Shown here one piece after another: positions 63,164 to 64,000 of a stretch of 64,000 nucleotides of DNA. Positions within the stretch are counted from its first letter, which is position 1. Each line of letters begins with the position of its first letter. The notes beneath the pieces are model-generated. The model was not told the DNA's origin, ran no database searches, and saw only the letters and a list, made by a program, of their open reading frames with translations. The stretch comes from Styela clava (Eukaryota): positions 13,454,001-13,518,000 of the forward strand of contig NC_135257.1 of assembly GCF_964204865.1 (NCBI RefSeq), read 5' to 3'. The position numbers were made by a program, and so were the translations under genes.

Positions 63164-63585
63164 TGTTGAAACTTGGTAAACGAAATTCGCAGCAGACGGA
63201 GGTGAATCGCCGCTCAGTGCGCTGGGATTTCAGATTCAAATATTTATTTTCGTCATGCAAAAACAATGTGCGATATGAAAAAAGAATAAATAATATAATG
63301 TAACAAAATGACGAACGGATATCGGCTTGTTGCAGTTGAGACGGGGTCGCGAAAAGACTCAGAGCGTCATCTAGTCAGCTGCTTTTTAAAAGTATCGGTA
63401 AAGAGATTAAGCCTAGTTTATCACAACTATTTCCACACTAATTTTTTACATGTTTTGTGTATGAAATATATAATTTTGCAATGAATAATAATTGCTTCCA
63501 CATCGGACCAGCGGGGATTGGCAGGACAAAGTTAGATGGTGTGATAGTTGCCATACTAAGGACAGGTAATTGATTTCTGTTTAGA

Positions 63586-63979
63586 ATGTTCAATTGATCA
63601 CAAGAAGCGACATTTGATTTATTCAATGCCGCTAAGGTGGTAAACTTAGTGGAAAAGAGCGACAGTACGGCAGTATGAAAAGTGGTGGTTATGAAGGAGG
63701 TGGCCAGAATGTTAGTGGAGAAAGGATATGACGAAATAGATGTGTAAATTTTGCAGTAAAATAGAAATGTAGAAAAACAAGTATATATAAATAAGAATAC
63801 TGATTTTTTCATGTTGCTTGAATAGAGTTACTGTGAAGAATAAGTGGAAGCGGCTGAAGGCCAAATATAACAGCATAAGAACCAAAACATCACAATCTGC
63901 ACAAAGCTCCAGGTCAGCTTTAGCATGGCCCTATTTCAGGGCCATGCATGAGCTTCTTGGCTGTAGACCAAAAGTGCAG
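63586..63979 (+). pseudogene. Myb/SANT-like (trihelix) DNA-binding domain pseudogene, probably from a Harbinger transposon; runs off the window
   Basis: MFN*SQEATFDLF...V*KVVVMKEVARMLVEKGYDEIDV | VTVKNKWKRLKAKY...WPYFRAMHELLGCRPKVQ. Intron 63744-63825; two in-frame TGA stops. Confidence 0.7.
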
Positions 63980-64000
63980 GTGAGGTCGCAATTAGTAAAT

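Overview
AT-rich invertebrate genomic DNA, most likely an ascidian (tunicate); this is inferred from the operon-like gene packing, foldback elements and repeat types. 1.8-10.0 kb is an 8.2-kb foldback transposon: two inverted arrays of ~370-bp units with a 9-bp TSD. A minimal hammerhead ribozyme follows at ~10.5 kb. 12-34 kb holds seven minus-strand housekeeping genes: PRC1, then the tightly packed run PHAX, HINT3, RBM18, NRDE2, MED10, GLRX5. Five of these have intronless CDSs, and all six in the run have a splice acceptor just upstream, suggesting an SL-trans-spliced operon. 34.9-53.1 kb is a nested transposon pile with intact TSDs: a hAT-like element containing a MULE/foldback, a truncated Tx1 LINE containing a full-length Tx1 LINE and a MITE, and a hAT with a frameshifted transposase. 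55.7-63.2 kb is a 9-exon DYRK2/3/4-like kinase gene. Two observations stand out. (1) The full-length Tx1 begins with a histone H4/H2A mRNA-like head (short 5'UTR + MSGRGKG + stop) and inserted at a 9/11 mimic of that same histone start sequence, suggesting a histone-gene-targeting, histone-promoter-driven retrotransposon. (2) The DYRK-like kinase has an N-terminal type II signal anchor, six N-glycosylation sequons and a remodelled activation loop, suggesting a luminal or secreted CMGC kinase.
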